From an uncultured Verrucomicrobiota bacterium (GTDB lineage: Bacteria > Verrucomicrobiota > Kiritimatiellia > CAIVKH01), in NCBI GenBank assembly GCA_937873455.1, contig CALMYG010000169.1:3122-67121 (forward strand): DNA of 64,000 bases, read 5' to 3'. Both the position numbers and the translations under genes were made by a program. Positions 10,050 to 21,369 of the stretch are shown here, in pieces (position 1 is the stretch's first letter; each line of letters starts with the position of its first letter). The notes below the pieces were generated by a model. It worked only from the letters and a program-made list of their open reading frames with translations, was not told the origin of the DNA and did not search any database.

Positions 10050-11681
10050 ATGACCACACGAAACACGGAACAGGAAATCGCCCGCCGGCGCACATTCGCC
10101 ATTATTTCGCATCCGGACGCCGGCAAGACCACCTTGACGGAGAAATTACTGCTCTACGGCGGGGCCTTGCATCTGGCCGGATCGGTGCGGGCGCGCAAGA
10201 ACCAGCGCGCCGCCACCTCAGACTGGATGGAGCTGGAGAAAGAACGCGGAATTTCCATCACCTCCACGGTGCTGCAATTCGAATACCGCGGCCACTGCAT
10301 CAACCTGCTTGATACCCCGGGCCATAAGGATTTCAGCGAAGACACCTACCGGGTGCTGACCGCCGTGGACTCGGTGATCATGGTGATCGACGCGGCCAAA
10401 GGCATCGAAGAGCGCACGCGGAAGCTCTTCGAGATCTGCCGGCTCCGGGGCATTCCCATTTTTACGTTCATGAACAAGCTGGACCGCCCGGCCCAGGATC
10501 CGCTCGCCTTGTTGGATGAACTCGAAAAAGTGCTCGGATTGCAGGCGTTTTCCGTGACTTGGCCGCTGGGCAGCGGCGCGGACTTCAAGGGGGTCTACGA
10601 CCGGATTACCGGTCAACTTCACACCTTTGAACGTACCATCGGCGGGGCCTACAAGGCGCCGGAACGGGTCTCCGGCATTGAGGATCCGGCTATTGCCGGC
10701 ATGTTGCCGCCGGCGGATTACGTCTTGTGGAAGCAGGAGGTGGAGATGTTGTCCATCGCCGGAACCGCCTTTGACCGCGACGCCATCATGAGCGGCGGCG
10801 TGACTCCGGTATTCTTCGGCAGCGCCATGACCAACTTCGGCATCCAACTGCTGCTGGATTATTTCATCGAATACGGGGCGCCGCCCGCACCGCGCAAAAC
10901 CGCAAACGGGATGATTCCGCCATCTCATCCCGAATTTTCCGGGTTCGTTTTCAAGGTGCAGGCCAATATGAATCCCAAGCACCGCGACACCATCGCCTTC
11001 GTCCGGGTTTGTTCCGGCATATTTGAAAAAGACATGCAGGTACGTGATCCCGAAGGCGACAAAATGATTCGCCTGTCCTATCCGCAGAAAATGTTCGGCC
11101 AGGAACGCGAAACCGTGGAGGTCGCATACCCAGGTGATATTGTCGGTCTGGTGGCGCACCGTTCCTTTCGCATTGGAGACACCCTGACCCCCAACCCGAA
11201 CCTGCGCTACCACGAAATTCCCCGCTTTCCTCCGGAGGTTTTCGGATTTCTCCGCAACCCGAACCCCTCCAAATTCAAACAATTCAAGGCGGGATTGGAG
11301 CAATTGCTCAACGAAGGCGTCATCCAGGTGTTCCATCTTCCGGAAACCATCAGCACGGTTCCCCTGCTTGGCGCGGTCGGAGCGCTGCAATTCGACGTGG
11401 TATTGTACCGCCTGGAAACCGAATACAACGCACCGGCGCGCATGGAGCCGGCTACGTACTCGCAAATTCGATGGCTGGACGCCCATCTGACCCAAGCCGA
11501 TGTGGAAAAGCTCCACTTCGGCACCGGCGTCCAATACGCCCGCGATGTGCAGGACAATTACGTGGTGTTGTTTCCCAACAAGTGGACCCTGGATTATTTC
11601 GCGGAGAAAAACCCCAAGACAAATCTGCACCTGGTTTCTCCGTCCCAGGATCCGTTGCATGCCGCGAACACGGCGTCTTGA
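10050..11681 (+). CDS. prfC: Peptide chain release factor 3 (translational GTPase)
   Basis: AIISHPDAGKTTLTEKLL G1 motif, DTPGH, NKLD, and the RF3 length. The ORF-track N-terminal extension (10002) is probably spurious. Confidence 0.9.
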   Translation: MTTRNTEQEIARRRTFAIISHPDAGKTTLTEKLLLYGGALHLAGSVRARKNQRAATSDWMELEKERGISITSTVLQFEYRGHCINLLDTPGHKDFSEDTYRVLTAVDSVIMVIDAAKGIEERTRKLFEICRLRGIPIFTFMNKLDRPAQDPLALLDELEKVLGLQAFSVTWPLGSGADFKGVYDRITGQLHTFERTIGGAYKAPERVSGIEDPAIAGMLPPADYVLWKQEVEMLSIAGTAFDRDAIMSGGVTPVFFGSAMTNFGIQLLLDYFIEYGAPPAPRKTANGMIPPSHPEFSGFVFKVQANMNPKHRDTIAFVRVCSGIFEKDMQVRDPEGDKMIRLSYPQKMFGQERETVEVAYPGDIVGLVAHRSFRIGDTLTPNPNLRYHEIPRFPPEVFGFLRNPNPSKFKQFKAGLEQLLNEGVIQVFHLPETISTVPLLGAVGALQFDVVLYRLETEYNAPARMEPATYSQIRWLDAHLTQADVEKLHFGTGVQYARDVQDNYVVLFPNKWTLDYFAEKNPKTNLHLVSPSQDPLHAANTAS

Positions 11682-11720
11682 CGCTATGGCGTCACGGGGT
11701 CACGATGGGGTAAGACCACC

Positions 11721-13718
<1,998 letters not shown>

Positions 13719-13739
13719 TCTCCCGCGACTAGGCGCGTA

Positions 13740-16115
13740 TCACTCGCCGGCCAGGGCGCTCCGGACCTGCGCAAGTAAATCATCGCGGCGAAACGGCTTC
13801 TTCACCATGGTGACCTGTTCACCCGGGCTGAAAATGCGCCGCTCTTCCAGCTCCGGACGTTCGTAGCCGGAGGTGTACAGCACCTTGATGTCCGGGTTCT
13901 GCTCTTTCACCTGCCCAGCCAGCGCCCGCCCGTCGAAGTCGGGCATCATGATATCGGTCAGCAACAGGTGGATGGGGCCGTTGTGGAAAAGCACCGTGCG
14001 CAGCGCCATGGCGCCGCTCTCGGCCTCCAAGACGGTATATCCGGCATCCTGAAGCATACGGGCCATGACCCGACGTGCGCCCGGATCATCCTCGGCGATC
14101 AGGACGGTTTCATGCCCCTGCTCCATGACCGCCGGTGAAGGCTCCGAACGAACCGGGACGGGAGCGGATGCGGTGGCGGGGGCGGGAAAATAAAGCCGAA
14201 TCGCCGAGTCAGGCGCACCGGGCCGGTGCAGCGAAACGCCGCCCCGCCAGCGGCGCATCCGCGTGGCAATTTCCCGCAACTCGCGGATCGACGCGGCAGC
14301 ACCCGCACTCCCGCAATCCGTCGGCACCAGCCCCGGACCGGAACATTCCAGCACAGCGAACTCGCGGGCAGTTTCGTCGGGAAGCTCCAGAAACTCCGAA
14401 AGATCGCCGGAAGGAACTGCGGAGGGAAACGTACGAATCAGCAAATCGGAGCCCTCGGCGAGATGGAGGTGCCCCCATAACAGCAATTGGGTCAGTCGTT
14501 GCTCAACCTCGCCAACGGGAATGCGCACCGCGGGAACGCGTGGCGAAAGATCAAGCGCCAAGGCATGATGTTCACCAAGAATTTTGGCGGCGACCGGCGA
14601 AAAATTTTCGATGCCCGCATTGATGTTAAGCGCGTCCCGGGCCGGTCCTCCGGCCGAGAGAAGACTCCATTGCTCAATCCGCGACTCTGCCCGTTCGGCG
14701 GCTTGGAGGATTTGCTGGACTTCATCCCCCACCCCCGACGCCCCCGCCCGCATCGCCAACAATTCGGTATTGCTGCGTATCGCGACTAAAATATTGCGGA
14801 AATCATGGGTAAAAGCGGTGAGCAAACGTTCCGAGGATAAGCCCGCATCCCGGCGCGACGCCTCGTCCGCCCCATCAGTCGGGCGCTTGATGGCGATATA
14901 GTGGGTGGTGACTCCCTGCGCATTGCGGACCGGGCAAATGGTGGCCTCTTCCTCAAAGTATTCACCGCTCTTCGCCCGGTTGACAAAATGGCCGCGCCAG
15001 ATATTGCCTTCGTTCAGGGTTTTCCACAGTTGCTGATAAAACGTCCGGTCCTGGCGCCCGCTTTTCAGGACCGAGGTGGATTTCCCGATCACTTCGGCGC
15101 GGTCATATCCGGTTATTTTTTCAAACGCGGCATTTACGTACTCCACGATGCCGGCATTATTGGTAAGCACAATGACTTCGGACACCTGCTCAATGCCGGC
15201 CTGAAGGGCCATGGCGCTTTCCCCCTTGCGCGTGCCCGCCATGAAAAGCTCCATGACGCGGGCGGCCCCCAAGAGCATATCGACATCGCGCGAGGAAAAC
15301 GTCATCCCCGGCGCTTCCTGCTGGATAACCAGAGCCCCGGCAATACCTTTATCATCCCGAACCGGAATCGCGATGACATCCGAAAGGTCCGCACCGGGCA
15401 CCTGAAAGGCCGGGCCGCCGGTTTCGCCGGCCGCGCGCAAATCGGTCCACCAGATCGGACGACCAATGGTCACCAGATAATGCAGCATGCCCAATGACTC
15501 CGGAGCCGCATCACGAGGCGGAACACAACCCTCGGCATGCCCGGGAAATAAAAAGCCGCCGGTTCGACGATTCATCAGCGCCAGATATCCCGACTGGATA
15601 TCGAAGATCACTTTCAACAATTCAAAAAACCGCGTGGTGAAATGTTCGAGGGACGGCGCGGATGACGCCGCCTCGATCAACCGTCGTTGAAACATTTCCG
15701 TTTTTTCGGATTGCCGCGCGGTATTTAGGTTTTCAATCCAGGACCACGTGACCGGCCGGCCTTCCGCGTCCGATCCGGGATGGCTGATCAGGCGCAACCA
15801 TTGGGGCGCCCCGCCGGGCACCATCAATTCCACCTCGCACCGGGCCGGCTGCTTTTCCTGCAATACGCGGGCCAGGTGAATCCGCAGGACCTCGGCATCA
15901 CGCGGCCGCGCCAACGCAATCAAATCGGCTTGCGCCAACGAACCCGACTTCCATTGAAGAATTTCCGGAATACGCCGGGTAAAAAACACCACACGGCCAT
16001 CCGCGTCGAGGCTTATAACCGGCAGGGCCGCGGTTTGCAGGAACGCGGCAATTTCATCCCCCGGCAATCCGGAAGAAAATGCAGGCGTAGATGGGGTTGC
16101 TGGTGGCGTGTTCAT
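13740..16115 (-). CDS. Cytoplasmic hybrid sensor histidine kinase / response regulator (PAS-GAF-PAS-HisKA-degenerate HATPase-REC)
   Basis: HisKA H-box AFTHDFRNILVAI, and a C-terminal receiver domain (LIAEDDPG...LLLTDIMMPDFDG...KPF). No TM segments. The N/G1/G2 ATP-binding boxes appear degenerate. Confidence 0.75.
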   Translation of the reverse strand: MNTPPATPSTPAFSSGLPGDEIAAFLQTAALPVISLDADGRVVFFTRRIPEILQWKSGSLAQADLIALARPRDAEVLRIHLARVLQEKQPARCEVELMVPGGAPQWLRLISHPGSDAEGRPVTWSWIENLNTARQSEKTEMFQRRLIEAASSAPSLEHFTTRFFELLKVIFDIQSGYLALMNRRTGGFLFPGHAEGCVPPRDAAPESLGMLHYLVTIGRPIWWTDLRAAGETGGPAFQVPGADLSDVIAIPVRDDKGIAGALVIQQEAPGMTFSSRDVDMLLGAARVMELFMAGTRKGESAMALQAGIEQVSEVIVLTNNAGIVEYVNAAFEKITGYDRAEVIGKSTSVLKSGRQDRTFYQQLWKTLNEGNIWRGHFVNRAKSGEYFEEEATICPVRNAQGVTTHYIAIKRPTDGADEASRRDAGLSSERLLTAFTHDFRNILVAIRSNTELLAMRAGASGVGDEVQQILQAAERAESRIEQWSLLSAGGPARDALNINAGIENFSPVAAKILGEHHALALDLSPRVPAVRIPVGEVEQRLTQLLLWGHLHLAEGSDLLIRTFPSAVPSGDLSEFLELPDETAREFAVLECSGPGLVPTDCGSAGAAASIRELREIATRMRRWRGGVSLHRPGAPDSAIRLYFPAPATASAPVPVRSEPSPAVMEQGHETVLIAEDDPGARRVMARMLQDAGYTVLEAESGAMALRTVLFHNGPIHLLLTDIMMPDFDGRALAGQVKEQNPDIKVLYTSGYERPELEERRIFSPGEQVTMVKKPFRRDDLLAQVRSALAGE

Positions 16116-16124
16116 GATGGGACA

Positions 16125-17408
16125 TCAAGGAGTTGCCGGATTCAACACGCGTTCCCGTTCGCTTTCGCGGATCCGTTGTTCCAAACCGGCGACATGTGCG
16201 CGAAACACCCGCAATTCCTCGAGCAAGACGGCGTTTTGCGCGCGCAACCGGACCGCTTCGTCATTTTGCCTGGCGGTTGTTATCGCCCGGTTCAACGCTT
16301 CAATCTCGCGACCCAAATCCTTCTTGTCCTTTTCCAGGGCGCGAATCGTGGCGCGTAAATCCCGCACCCGGACCAATTCACCCTGCTGGCTATCCACGGT
16401 TTGTTTCAGCGCATGGATTTCCGCATTCAAACGCTTTTGTTCCGCCGTCCATTCCTTGCGTTCGGCTTGCGCGGCCTGCTGGGCGTCCCGGGCCGCGACT
16501 TCGAGGCGCGCAATGTGATTGGAAAGCGCCGCGGCCTGCTCCTTCAAGGATTCCCACGCTCCGGTTAGCCGCTCATGGGTTGCCTGAAGCTCCCGAGTCG
16601 ACTCCAGATCACGCATCGCCGCCGCCAGCGCTTGTCTATCCTGCTCCCATACGGCGCGCTCGCTTTCCCAGGCCTCGCGTTCGCGCTGGTTACGCTCCAT
16701 GTCAACCTGACGCTGTTCCTGATGACTGCGAAGCTCCTGAGCCGCGCGTTCAAGTAAAGCATCGACCTCCGCGCCGCGGGCGGCAAGCTGCTCCTTGTCC
16801 GCCTCCAGCGCCTGAACCTGCTGTTGCCGCGCCTCCAATTCCGCTTCCAGTTGTTTTTTAGATGTATCGGCGGCGGCTTGCCGCTTTTCAGCGGCGGCCA
16901 GTTTTCGCTCCCAGATCGCTTTCTCTTTTTCCCACCCGGCATTTTTTTCCAGGAGCACGGCCCGCTCGTTCTCCAATTCTTCAATGGCCAGTTCCAAGAG
17001 CGACTTTTCCTCCCGAAACTGCTCCAGCTTTTCCTCCAACAACGGATCAGGAAGCGCCGGGGGGGGCGTTGCGGCTGGCGTTGACGGCCCTTCCGACGGT
17101 GCGGCCGGATCGGCCGGGGTTTTTCGCTCCAAGCGGGTGATCTGGTTTTGCGTGTGCGCCAATCGATAGCGCACGACATCCGGTTGCCAATGAGGATATT
17201 GGCGCGCGACTTCCTGGTAGCGTTCGGCGGCTTGGCGATACAATCCTAGCGCCTCGACCTCGCGACCGGCTTGCTCTTCCTGTTCGGCCTTGATGAGTAG
17301 AACATACGCCTCCATATGCTCCGGAGGCGTCTGCGCCGTAGCGGTGTAGTGTCCCGCCAGGATCGCGCAGAACCCGCAGATGAGAAAACGTAAATACCCG
17401 GGCTTCAT
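16125..17408 (-). CDS. Secreted/periplasmic coiled-coil protein (signal peptide, a single helical-hairpin motif, Pro-rich linker, ~300 aa of E/A/R/Q-rich coiled coil)
   Basis: Sec signal peptide (FLICGFCAILAGHYTATA|Q), then a long run of heptad-like E/R/A/Q/L sequence. Start taken at the internal ATG (MKPGYL); the track start is a TTG overlapping the upstream stop. Confidence 0.6.
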   Translation of the reverse strand: MKPGYLRFLICGFCAILAGHYTATAQTPPEHMEAYVLLIKAEQEEQAGREVEALGLYRQAAERYQEVARQYPHWQPDVVRYRLAHTQNQITRLERKTPADPAAPSEGPSTPAATPPPALPDPLLEEKLEQFREEKSLLELAIEELENERAVLLEKNAGWEKEKAIWERKLAAAEKRQAAADTSKKQLEAELEARQQQVQALEADKEQLAARGAEVDALLERAAQELRSHQEQRQVDMERNQREREAWESERAVWEQDRQALAAAMRDLESTRELQATHERLTGAWESLKEQAAALSNHIARLEVAARDAQQAAQAERKEWTAEQKRLNAEIHALKQTVDSQQGELVRVRDLRATIRALEKDKKDLGREIEALNRAITTARQNDEAVRLRAQNAVLLEELRVFRAHVAGLEQRIRESERERVLNPATP

Positions 17409-17425
17409 CACACGCCACCAAAGGC

Positions 17426-18568
17426 TCAAGGGGCGGCCAGAAGACGCTCCAACGCGGCGCTGGCCGGCGCGCCGAGGGACCGTGCGCGCTGGTAGTGCAT
17501 CCGGGCCGCCTCAAGATCCGGATTGCGACCGGTGGCTTGCAGGATGGCCAGGTTGTATAACGCGTTCACGTATTCGGGATCGAGCTCAACGGCTCGCGAT
17601 ACGTGCTTCAGCGCTTGTTTGTGTTTGTTCATCTGCTGGTGAACCACGCCGAGGTAGTTGTGGTGGTAGGCGTTGGTTTCATCCAGCTTCAGCGCTTTTT
17701 CCAACGTACGCCGGGCCGCGCGGACATTGCCTTCCCGCAATTCCAAAGCCCCGCGCAAACCGAGCGCCCCGCTATGCTCGGCATTTCGACCCAACACGTC
17801 TTCGACCATGCGACGCGCCGTGTCCAACTCGCCCCGCTCGAAATGACAGGAGGCCAGCCCGATGCGGGCATCGTCCGACAGGGGATCGCGGGCAATAGCC
17901 GCCTTGAACGCTTCGGACGCTTCGTCAATGCGTCCGGCGGCCAGTGCATCAAATCCTTGGCGAAGCGGCTGGGCGCCGATGCGGTAACTCGGCGCCGGGG
18001 TCGGCGTCGCCACCACCGGAGGCGTTCCCGCGCCGGTCGCTTGCTCCCCGCGCAACCGGCTGATCGTCGCGGCATAGTCGGCGATGGTACGGTTGGCTTT
18101 CTCCAGTTGCGCCCGCAAAACCTTGATGTCCTCGGCATCCGAAACGCCGCGGCGACGTCGCGCCTCTTTGAGTTCGCGGTCCTGGTTATCGATGTTCCGG
18201 CGATTGGCTTGAACGATTTCATGGATTGCGTCCAGCCGGTCGCGAAGGTTTCGCAACAATATCCCGGACTGGATAAGATCCTGACGCAGTTGGGACATTT
18301 CGTCTTCGTCGACCGGTGCATCGTCCAAGCGGCCTTGTTCAATGGCATCCGCCACGCGTTTGGCGTCGCGGGCTTTAACCGCGGCATCAAACAAATCGCG
18401 GCGCAGCTCCTCCAGGGTGGCTTCACTCCGGATCGCGGCTTCCCGGGACTGGGCGATGGCTGCATCCAGGGCGTCCAGCTCAACGGTTAATTCCCGGCCC
18501 GGCGCCGTGCCCGCCGCGATACCGATCACCCCGGCAATCAGCAGTCGTATCCAAGCGTTCTTTTCCAT
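17426..18568 (-). CDS. Periplasmic coiled-coil + TPR-repeat protein (CpoB/YbgF-like architecture)
   Basis: Signal peptide MEKNAWIRLLIAGVIGIAAG, a ~150 aa coiled coil, a Pro/Thr linker, and 4-5 TPR repeats (...AYHHNYLGVVHQQMNKHKQALKHVSRAVELDP...). Confidence 0.65.
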   Translation of the reverse strand: MEKNAWIRLLIAGVIGIAAGTAPGRELTVELDALDAAIAQSREAAIRSEATLEELRRDLFDAAVKARDAKRVADAIEQGRLDDAPVDEDEMSQLRQDLIQSGILLRNLRDRLDAIHEIVQANRRNIDNQDRELKEARRRRGVSDAEDIKVLRAQLEKANRTIADYAATISRLRGEQATGAGTPPVVATPTPAPSYRIGAQPLRQGFDALAAGRIDEASEAFKAAIARDPLSDDARIGLASCHFERGELDTARRMVEDVLGRNAEHSGALGLRGALELREGNVRAARRTLEKALKLDETNAYHHNYLGVVHQQMNKHKQALKHVSRAVELDPEYVNALYNLAILQATGRNPDLEAARMHYQRARSLGAPASAALERLLAAP

Positions 18569-18688
18569 GGTCTACTCCTTAAATGGGTTTCGATGGGCGT
18601 TCGCCATCAAACGCCGAAAGCGAAAAGCATGAACCACATCGGGTTCAATTGCAAGCCATCCAATGTTTGGAAAAACGATGCGGTATAT

Positions 18689-18710
18689 GTTCCAACCCTT
18701 GGAACTTTTT
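18689..18710 (+). terminator. Terminator-like hairpin on the plus strand (gttccaa-ccc-ttggaac followed by TTTTT) in the intergenic region between two minus-strand genes
   Basis: A 7 bp perfect stem with a 3 nt loop and a 5-T run, read directly from the sequence. No plus-strand ORF lies upstream. Confidence 0.3.
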
Positions 18711-18740
18711 GATCCCGGCTTTTCCGTGAAGGCTGTCTGC

Positions 18741-20222
18741 TCACCTTTCGGCTGATCGCATGCGTTTGAGCCAGCCGGGAAACGGGCAGGCATGGCATCG
18801 CGAACGATCGGTGAGGCAATGATCATGAAATATCTGCTGCAAGCCCTGGCGGCGCTTGGCATCGGCCAATAACGAAGAGGGATGATCGGGACCGAAGAGG
18901 TAAAAGGCGGTCTGGCGTATGACCTGATTGCCGGTCTCCGGCGGCCGTGCGTTTACGAGTCGCTCGACCCGGCGGGGATCGGCTCCGCAGGCCGCAAGCA
19001 TTGGAATGACCGTATTCAAGGCAATGGCCTCCCAGCGATCCTCGCCAAGCAGCGCTTGTACGTGTGCAGTCGGGCGACCGCCAAGCGAGGCGCGCTTCCG
19101 CCAGTACACCTCCAAGGCTGAAGTTCCATCCAGGGTGGCGGCCATCCGTTGCGTTAACTGTTCGGCCTCCCCCAGCTCCCACGCCGACAACAACGCCAAA
19201 CCACCCAACGGCGCAGTGAACAGGCGGGCCGCCGCCGCGAGCCGGCGCAACGGATGGTTCAGCGGGCGGAGCCCGCTAAGCCGCCACTGGCTGCGCTCCA
19301 GAGGCGGCGGTCCTTGATCGCGTTCTTTCCACCATACATCCCACAAACCGCGGAGAAAGGCCCGGGTTTCATCGTCCCAACCCGGTTTGATTTCCGCCGG
19401 CAGCAATCCGGAAACTCCGGCCAGCAGGGCGTAGGCGCGGAGCGGATCGCCGCCGGACCGGGCGCGTAATTGTTCCACCGGCAACAGGGTCGCCAAGGCC
19501 TGAAAGGCCGGTTTATTGTGCCGGTAGCCGAGCGCGGCCATGATCACTTCGTAGAGAACTTGATCCACGCCTTTTTCACGTATCGCATCGGAATACCGTT
19601 CGGCCTTGGCCCGCAGGCGTTCGTGCCCGGCGGCTTCGAGCAGACGGCGGCGGTCTTCGATCGGCCAAGCCGCCAACTCCGTGCGACAGGGAGGCTGGTC
19701 AGCCCGCCCGGCATAGGGATAGGCCGTGATATCCACGTGCTCGAACGAAAAACCCGGATCGGCTTTCAGGACCGGACGCAGGGCCGCTTGCAACGCCCCG
19801 GGCGGCAGCTCATCCTCGTCCAACACGCCTTCAAAATAGGTCAGGTGAAGGCACACGTTCCGGTAGCGGCGATCCCGGGCATGGCCATGGTGTTTCCACG
19901 CCGCGGGAAAGACATGCACCTCGACATCACCTTGAATCCGGCGGCGGTCCGGTCCGACCCGGAGCGTCGCGCCGACAAAGTCCGGCCCCGCCTCGAGATT
20001 CCACACCCCGGGCGATTCAACGGTTATTGCCTCGCCGCGATGACCGATCAACGCATCCGGACGCCAACGCGGGTCGTACCAGACCGCCTGCACATGGCGT
20101 TCGGTATAACCGAAAAACCGCCCGGCCGCCGAAGGTTCACGCAACGCATGCGCCGGTGTATCGGGCGCGGGTGCGTACCAAGTCGCCAAGGGAAAGCAGT
20201 CGCTGACCGCGCTTCGGGTCAT
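18741..20222 (-). CDS. Conserved hypothetical protein, DUF2851-like, with a C-terminal Cys cluster (CHACPFPGW)
   Basis: About 494 aa. The WNLEAGPDF region recalls DUF2851 (uncertain). Start chosen at the internal ATG, which forms an ATGA overlap with the upstream trmJ stop. Confidence 0.5.
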   Translation of the reverse strand: MTRSAVSDCFPLATWYAPAPDTPAHALREPSAAGRFFGYTERHVQAVWYDPRWRPDALIGHRGEAITVESPGVWNLEAGPDFVGATLRVGPDRRRIQGDVEVHVFPAAWKHHGHARDRRYRNVCLHLTYFEGVLDEDELPPGALQAALRPVLKADPGFSFEHVDITAYPYAGRADQPPCRTELAAWPIEDRRRLLEAAGHERLRAKAERYSDAIREKGVDQVLYEVIMAALGYRHNKPAFQALATLLPVEQLRARSGGDPLRAYALLAGVSGLLPAEIKPGWDDETRAFLRGLWDVWWKERDQGPPPLERSQWRLSGLRPLNHPLRRLAAAARLFTAPLGGLALLSAWELGEAEQLTQRMAATLDGTSALEVYWRKRASLGGRPTAHVQALLGEDRWEAIALNTVIPMLAACGADPRRVERLVNARPPETGNQVIRQTAFYLFGPDHPSSLLADAKRRQGLQQIFHDHCLTDRSRCHACPFPGWLKRMRSAER

Positions 20223-20956
20223 GAAGCGGGATCCACCGGATGTCGGATACGCCATTGCGTTTGCCGGGCCACTCCCATCAGGATATTGACATCCGCGACC
20301 GAGAGTTTGCCGCGGGAAAATATACGGCGCATGGCCATCATCATGTGCTCGGACTTCTCATCATCGAAAAACCCGATCTCGCGCAACGTGGTTTCCCACA
20401 TGGCCACCATGCGCTCCCGCATGACCGAAGGCGCTTCGGGATGATGCTCGCCGGTCGGCTGGAAGTGGCCGGTCGCCACAAACAATTCATACGCGCAAAC
20501 CATCACCGCGTGCGACAAATTAAGCGATGAGTAATTCGGCGATGACGGGATCCGGATAATTTGCGTGCACAGGGCCAATTCCTCGTTGCTCAAGCCGTGA
20601 TCCTCGGGACCGAACACCATGGCCACCGGATGGGCGCGGGCGCTGCTCAAAAAAACCGGAGCCCATTCGCGGGCGGTATACGCATGGGCCCGGTACAACC
20701 CGTCGCGCGCCGTGGTGCCGGCCACTTGCGCGCAATCGGCCACCGCCGACGCCAGATCGGGAAAGACCTGCCGCGCCTCGAGAATATCGCCGGCCGACAA
20801 GGCCATCTTGGCTGCCTCCTCATAGTCCACGGTTTCGCGCGGCGTCACCAGGCGCAGATTCGACAACCCCATATTTTTAATCGCCCGGCAAACCGAACCG
20901 ATATTGCCGCCGTAAAGCGAACGCACCAACACCACCTGGACGTTACGTAAGGACAT
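20219..20956 (-). CDS. trmJ: SpoU-family RNA 2'-O-methyltransferase (TrmJ-like)
   Basis: SPOUT core: VVLVRSLYGGNIGSVCRAIKNMG ... MVFGPEDHGLSNEEL ... SLNLSHAVMVCAYEL. Confidence 0.7.
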   Translation of the reverse strand: MSLRNVQVVLVRSLYGGNIGSVCRAIKNMGLSNLRLVTPRETVDYEEAAKMALSAGDILEARQVFPDLASAVADCAQVAGTTARDGLYRAHAYTAREWAPVFLSSARAHPVAMVFGPEDHGLSNEELALCTQIIRIPSSPNYSSLNLSHAVMVCAYELFVATGHFQPTGEHHPEAPSVMRERMVAMWETTLREIGFFDDEKSEHMMMAMRRIFSRGKLSVADVNILMGVARQTQWRIRHPVDPAS

Positions 20957-21000
20957 GTTTTTCCCAATCCAACTTGCGTGAACAGTCATTATGCAACAGG

Positions 21001-21327
21001 ATGGAGGTTTTGAGGACTAAAAAGGTGATTGTTTATCGCATTCATACGGGCGGCCCGACCGGCACGCGCGGAAGCTGGCCGGCCCGCGTGGCCGCCGGAC
21101 TTCTCGCCACGCTCGCCCTCATCACCTCCGTCTTGTTGGGTGCGGTGATCGTTGTGGTCGTACTGGGGGTAGTGTTGCTCAGCGCCTTGTTCGTCTGGTT
21201 TCGCCTGTGGCGCCTGAAACGCGCCGCGACCTCCGCGTATGCCGGTACCACCACCCCGCGCCCTCCCGACGCGGGTCAACCGGTTATTGATGTGGAATTC
21301 GAGGAAATCCGCCGCGAACGGGAATAA
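21001..21327 (+). CDS. Small single-pass membrane protein, hypothetical
   Basis: 108 aa with one strongly hydrophobic helix (LLATLALITSVLLGAVIVVVVLGVVLLSALFVWF), divergent from trmJ. Confidence 0.35.
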   Translation: MEVLRTKKVIVYRIHTGGPTGTRGSWPARVAAGLLATLALITSVLLGAVIVVVVLGVVLLSALFVWFRLWRLKRAATSAYAGTTTPRPPDAGQPVIDVEFEEIRRERE

Positions 21328-21369
21328 TCTCCGGATCACGGCGCGGTCTGGTTCAGGGGACAAATCGGC

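Noticed and set aside
16125-17429. Apparent internal repetitiveness of the coiled-coil gene, and the overlapping alternative-frame ORFs (16133-16861 +, 16565-17179 -)
   Set aside because: The repetition comes from GAG/CGC/GCC/CAG codon bias in an E/R/A/Q heptad protein. The alternative frames are by-products, and there is no tandem DNA repeat or CRISPR-like spacing.
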